Below, one piece after another: positions 60,668 to 64,000 of a stretch of 64,000 bases of DNA. The position numbers and the translations under genes were made by a program. Location: NCBI GenBank assembly GCA_028826165.1, contig JAPDFW010000082.1, positions 1 through 64,000 on the forward strand, given 5' to 3'. Each line of letters opens with the position of its first letter. Position 1 is the stretch's first letter. Source of the stretch: Anaeramoeba ignava BMAN. Its lineage: Eukaryota; Protista; Anaeramoebae. Under the pieces are notes generated by a model, which was not told the origin of the DNA, did not search any database, and saw only the letters and a program-made list of their open reading frames with translations.

Positions 60668-63600
60668 TTAATTTTTTTTGCGCTCATCTTCTAATCGAGA
60701 TTTCTTTAATTTATTTTCACTTAAAACCTTCTTCGGATACAATTTAAAAACATCATGACTTGGATTATGAAAAGAAATCAAATTCTGTAAATCCATTTGA
60801 ATTCCCCAAATATCAAGATAAGTCTTCAAAATTTGTAAAGCACTTGGACGTTTATCAGGATTTATTTCCATAAAACTTTCCATAATTTCAAGATAATTTT
60901 GATCCTTTTCAAAATCAGAATTAATTTTTGATAATTCCTTCATTGTAACACCAAGTGAATACATATCTGCTTTTGAATCATATTTCACTTTTGATTTCTG
61001 TTGGAAAATTTCAGGCGGAATAAGATTCAAATTTTGTCTTGGAAATCTTTCAAAAATTTGTTTCCAATTTGCATTCTGAGAATTTCCAAAATCACTCAAA
61101 ACTGGAGTTAAATTATCTGTGATTAAAATATTTTCGGGTTTCAGATTAGAATGATATATTCCTTGCGAATGAATGTAATTCAAAGTAATAAGAACATGTC
61201 CAATTATGAAAAATATTTCTTTCAAATTTGTTCCCTTTTCTGTAAATTGTCGGATATTTCCTTTCGAATAAAATGGAAAATGCAAATGAACTTGTCCTTC
61301 TTTAATTGTGATCAATTCACACTGAATTATTCCTGGATGCCGAAGCCTAAGAATCGGAATCAAATTCTTGAAAAATTGCTGATATCCCATAATAGGAATT
61401 GATTTAATTGCAAAAACATCTTGATTTTTTCTGTTTTTTTCATTTGATTGAGTTTTGGGTCGAAAAATTTTTTTTTGCGAAATATCAATTTCAAAAGACA
61501 ATTCAACATCCTCAGAAATATTTGTGAAATCCTCCAAAGAGATACTGCGAGAGGGAGGAACTAGCCCATTTTCTTTTGGGGATAATTCATTTTGCTGCTT
61601 CAATTGGTACATTTTCAGTGGGAATTCCCCATTTTCAAAATGACTGGGTGCTTTTAAAATGTGAAATCGCTCGTTTTTGTTTTCCAAATAAAATTTGTGT
61701 TTAGCAATTAATGGAGATCAATTAAAACTGAAGGAGAAAAACTGTGGAAAGCCTCTTCTGGATAAAAATTATAGCAAATTTCTTGTATTTTTTGTTCTGC
61801 TTGATCTTTATCCTTTTCAAGTTTGATTTTCTCTATTTTCATTTCTTGGAATTGTGCTTCTTTTTTCTCCTCTTGATATTTTTCCATCATCTTTTGATAC
61901 TTTCCAATTTCTGTTTCAATTTTCTGTTTCATTTCTTGGAGGTTATTTTTTTGCTTTTTCTTTTCAATTATTAAAAGTATTTCTTCAAATTTGCTTTCAT
62001 ATTTTTCCATTTGTTTTTTGATATTCTCAACTGATTGAGAGAATTCTCTCTGTTTTTTCAAGTAAAGAATGAAAATTTGGTTCAGAATTTCCTTCTTTTC
62101 TTTTTGAAATGAAAGGCAATTTTTCGCTAATTGTTGGATTTCCACATTTTTTGTTGTAATTTCTTGAATTTTGTTTTGTGAAGGATGAATAAAAGTATTC
62201 TTGATTAAATTGAACGTTTGTGTAATATTCTTATCAATTTGAGTAAATAAATTTGTTAATATTCCCCATTCACTAATGATTTCATTTTCACTCATTTTCT
62301 TCATTAATATATCGTTTTTTGGTCTTGTTATTATTGGTTTCGGAGCAGATATTCCAACTATTTCTTGATTTTGACCGTTTGCCAATTCTTTTGAAAATTT
62401 GATCATTTTAGAATGGACAGTTTTCAAATCCTGTTTTAATTGGGTTGCAAATAATCCAAGTTTTTCTCGCAAATCTTCTCTTTGCGAAATTAGCATATTC
62501 AATTCGTTTTCAGACATGATTTTCCCACTAGAGGAATAACTATCGATATCTGAAGAATCAGACTCGATTGTAGAATCAAATTCGACATCGTCATTTTCAT
62601 CAACATCGTAATCATCAGATGAATCACAAATGTTTTTGAAATCGTTTTCATCTTCACTTGAAAAATCGATATTAAAATTGATTTTTTTCCTTTCTTTTAA
62701 TGGAACAATTTGATTGGAATTTTGATTAGAATTTTGCTCTAAATTCAGATTAACATTCAGATTAATGTTTTGATTCAGATTTCTCCCAAAATTCATTGTT
62801 AAATTTCCTTTATTTGGTGATTCCAAAAATCTTCTGCATGTTTTAATAATTTCTTTCCGAATCTTCTCGCTTAAATACTTTAATTTACTTAATAAACTAT
62901 CAAATTTGAAAAGTTGCTTCTTGATTTGTGTTTCCATTTTAACAACTTCAAAAAACTCTAAATCTTTAAGCTTTGGGTATTTCAAAAATATATTTATATC
63001 TATTGCTGCGAATTCTTGCTGGTTTTTCACAAGAAATTGGCATTGCTGGAAATTTTGCAGAATTGTTTCCTTGCTTTTTTCTTGATTGTTCACTGTTTCA
63101 ATTAAATTTGTCCATTTTTTTCTGTCTTCCATAATCTTCATCCTTTCAATAGCAACTTTGGATATGCTTTTTTCCCATCCGTCAAAAATTGAGTTGTATT
63201 TCGAAGAATTAATTTCTATCATTTTATTTTGCGATTTCTTGATATTTAAGTCGTTTCCAGTGATATTTTCCTTTTCTTCCTCCAAATTTGGTTGAGATTT
63301 CGGGAATTTTTCAAAAAAATTTTTGATAAATAAATAATTTTCCATTTCTTGACTAAATATCCCTTTTTTGTTAATATTCATATCATTTTCATTCTTTGGA
63401 TAAACAATTTCTTTCATGTTTTCAACAAGAATTTGCTTTGCGTTATAAAAACTCATCCACAAATCAAGCTTTTCAGAAATTTTAGAAATTGAATCCTGAG
63501 ATAAAATGAGTGAAATCAAATCATCCATTTTGCTTTTTTTTTCGAGTTCTTGATATTGCTGGAAATATTTCTCAACTTCTAAAATTTTCTCTTCATTCCA

Positions 63601-64000
63601 GTAATTTGCTTCCAAAATATCTTGAAACAAATTCATTTTACGAGAAAATGTATTAAATATTTCAAAATCAGCATTTTGGAGTTTAATTGTTTCTTTGCCT
63701 TGAATTTCGTGTGTGAATTTGCGATAAAGAATTTTGAATTTTAGTTCATACAAATTTCCAACATTCAAATTTTCATATCGAATAGTAACTCTTTTTTTCT
63801 CATATGTGATCATTTTCTTTGAATAAAAATGATCAGGAGCAATTTCAGTTGTAATTTCAGTATCATTTGGATCATATATTTTTGAAAGAAAAACACAACA
63901 AAATGAATCAAATCCAATATATTGAATAATAAATTGATATGTCGGTATTTTTTTGGTTTTAAAAGAAACAATTGGCTTTTGAGATTTATTCAGATAAACA
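60668..64000 (-). CDS. Large coiled-coil protein with C-terminal kinase-fold (pseudokinase) domain; 5' end beyond the right edge
   Basis: Frame is open from 63999 through ORF 61708-63813; a 1-nt shift at ~61715 joins ORF 60668-61687. Motifs FAIK, LRHPGII, YHSNLKPENIL, SDFG, PPE, ADMYSLG, KRPSA. Confidence 0.8.

Noticed and set aside
1-64000. Alternative genetic code (TAA = Gln), suggested by CAAAAT/TAAAAT interchange
   Set aside because: No in-frame TAA/TAG within conserved domains, and TAA terminates genes at expected ends (CLIF*, TLDc YFI*, chagasin).
1-64000. Inteins/Hint domains, transposases, tRNA or rRNA genes
   Set aside because: No Hint splice motifs, RT/transposase motifs or structured GC-rich RNA segments recognised by eye; HMM and tRNAscan searches were not run.

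Overview
Extremely AT-rich, gene-dense, intron-containing eukaryotic DNA using the standard genetic code. It is compatible with an anaerobic protist such as Anaeramoeba (inference from BTB-TLDc and RCC1-BTB expansions, QN/EN repeats and a Trichomonas-like TCATTT initiator). It holds about 27 genes. In order: a neurofibromin (RasGAP-Sec14) running off the left edge; six tandem divergent Rac/Rho GTPase genes; an inositol polyphosphate kinase; an unannotated intronless 723-aa tail-anchored protein; a GUP1-type MBOAT; a bromo+ET protein; EMC2; a bZIP factor; a degenerate mitochondrial-carrier-like protein; a UBAC2/Dsc2-like protein; TLDc and BTB-TLDc proteins; NAA35; three RCC1-BTB paralogs; a divergent actin; an ERI1-family exonuclease; two chagasin inhibitors flanking a decayed ankyrin array; a nucleoplasmin-like protein; and a large pseudokinase running off the right edge. 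The best candidate for a novel system is the GTPase array: three genes fuse a Rac domain through a charged linker to a degenerate pseudo-Rho domain, and five of six lack a CAAX box, while two RCC1-BTB proteins carry polybasic-CAAX tails. Most long introns are filled with microsatellites. Large intergenic gaps hold locus-specific tandem repeats, four of them with ~143 or ~161 bp units. Several 1-nt frameshifts in homopolymers or repeats are probably assembly errors. No tRNA, rRNA, CRISPR array, intein or transposon was recognised.
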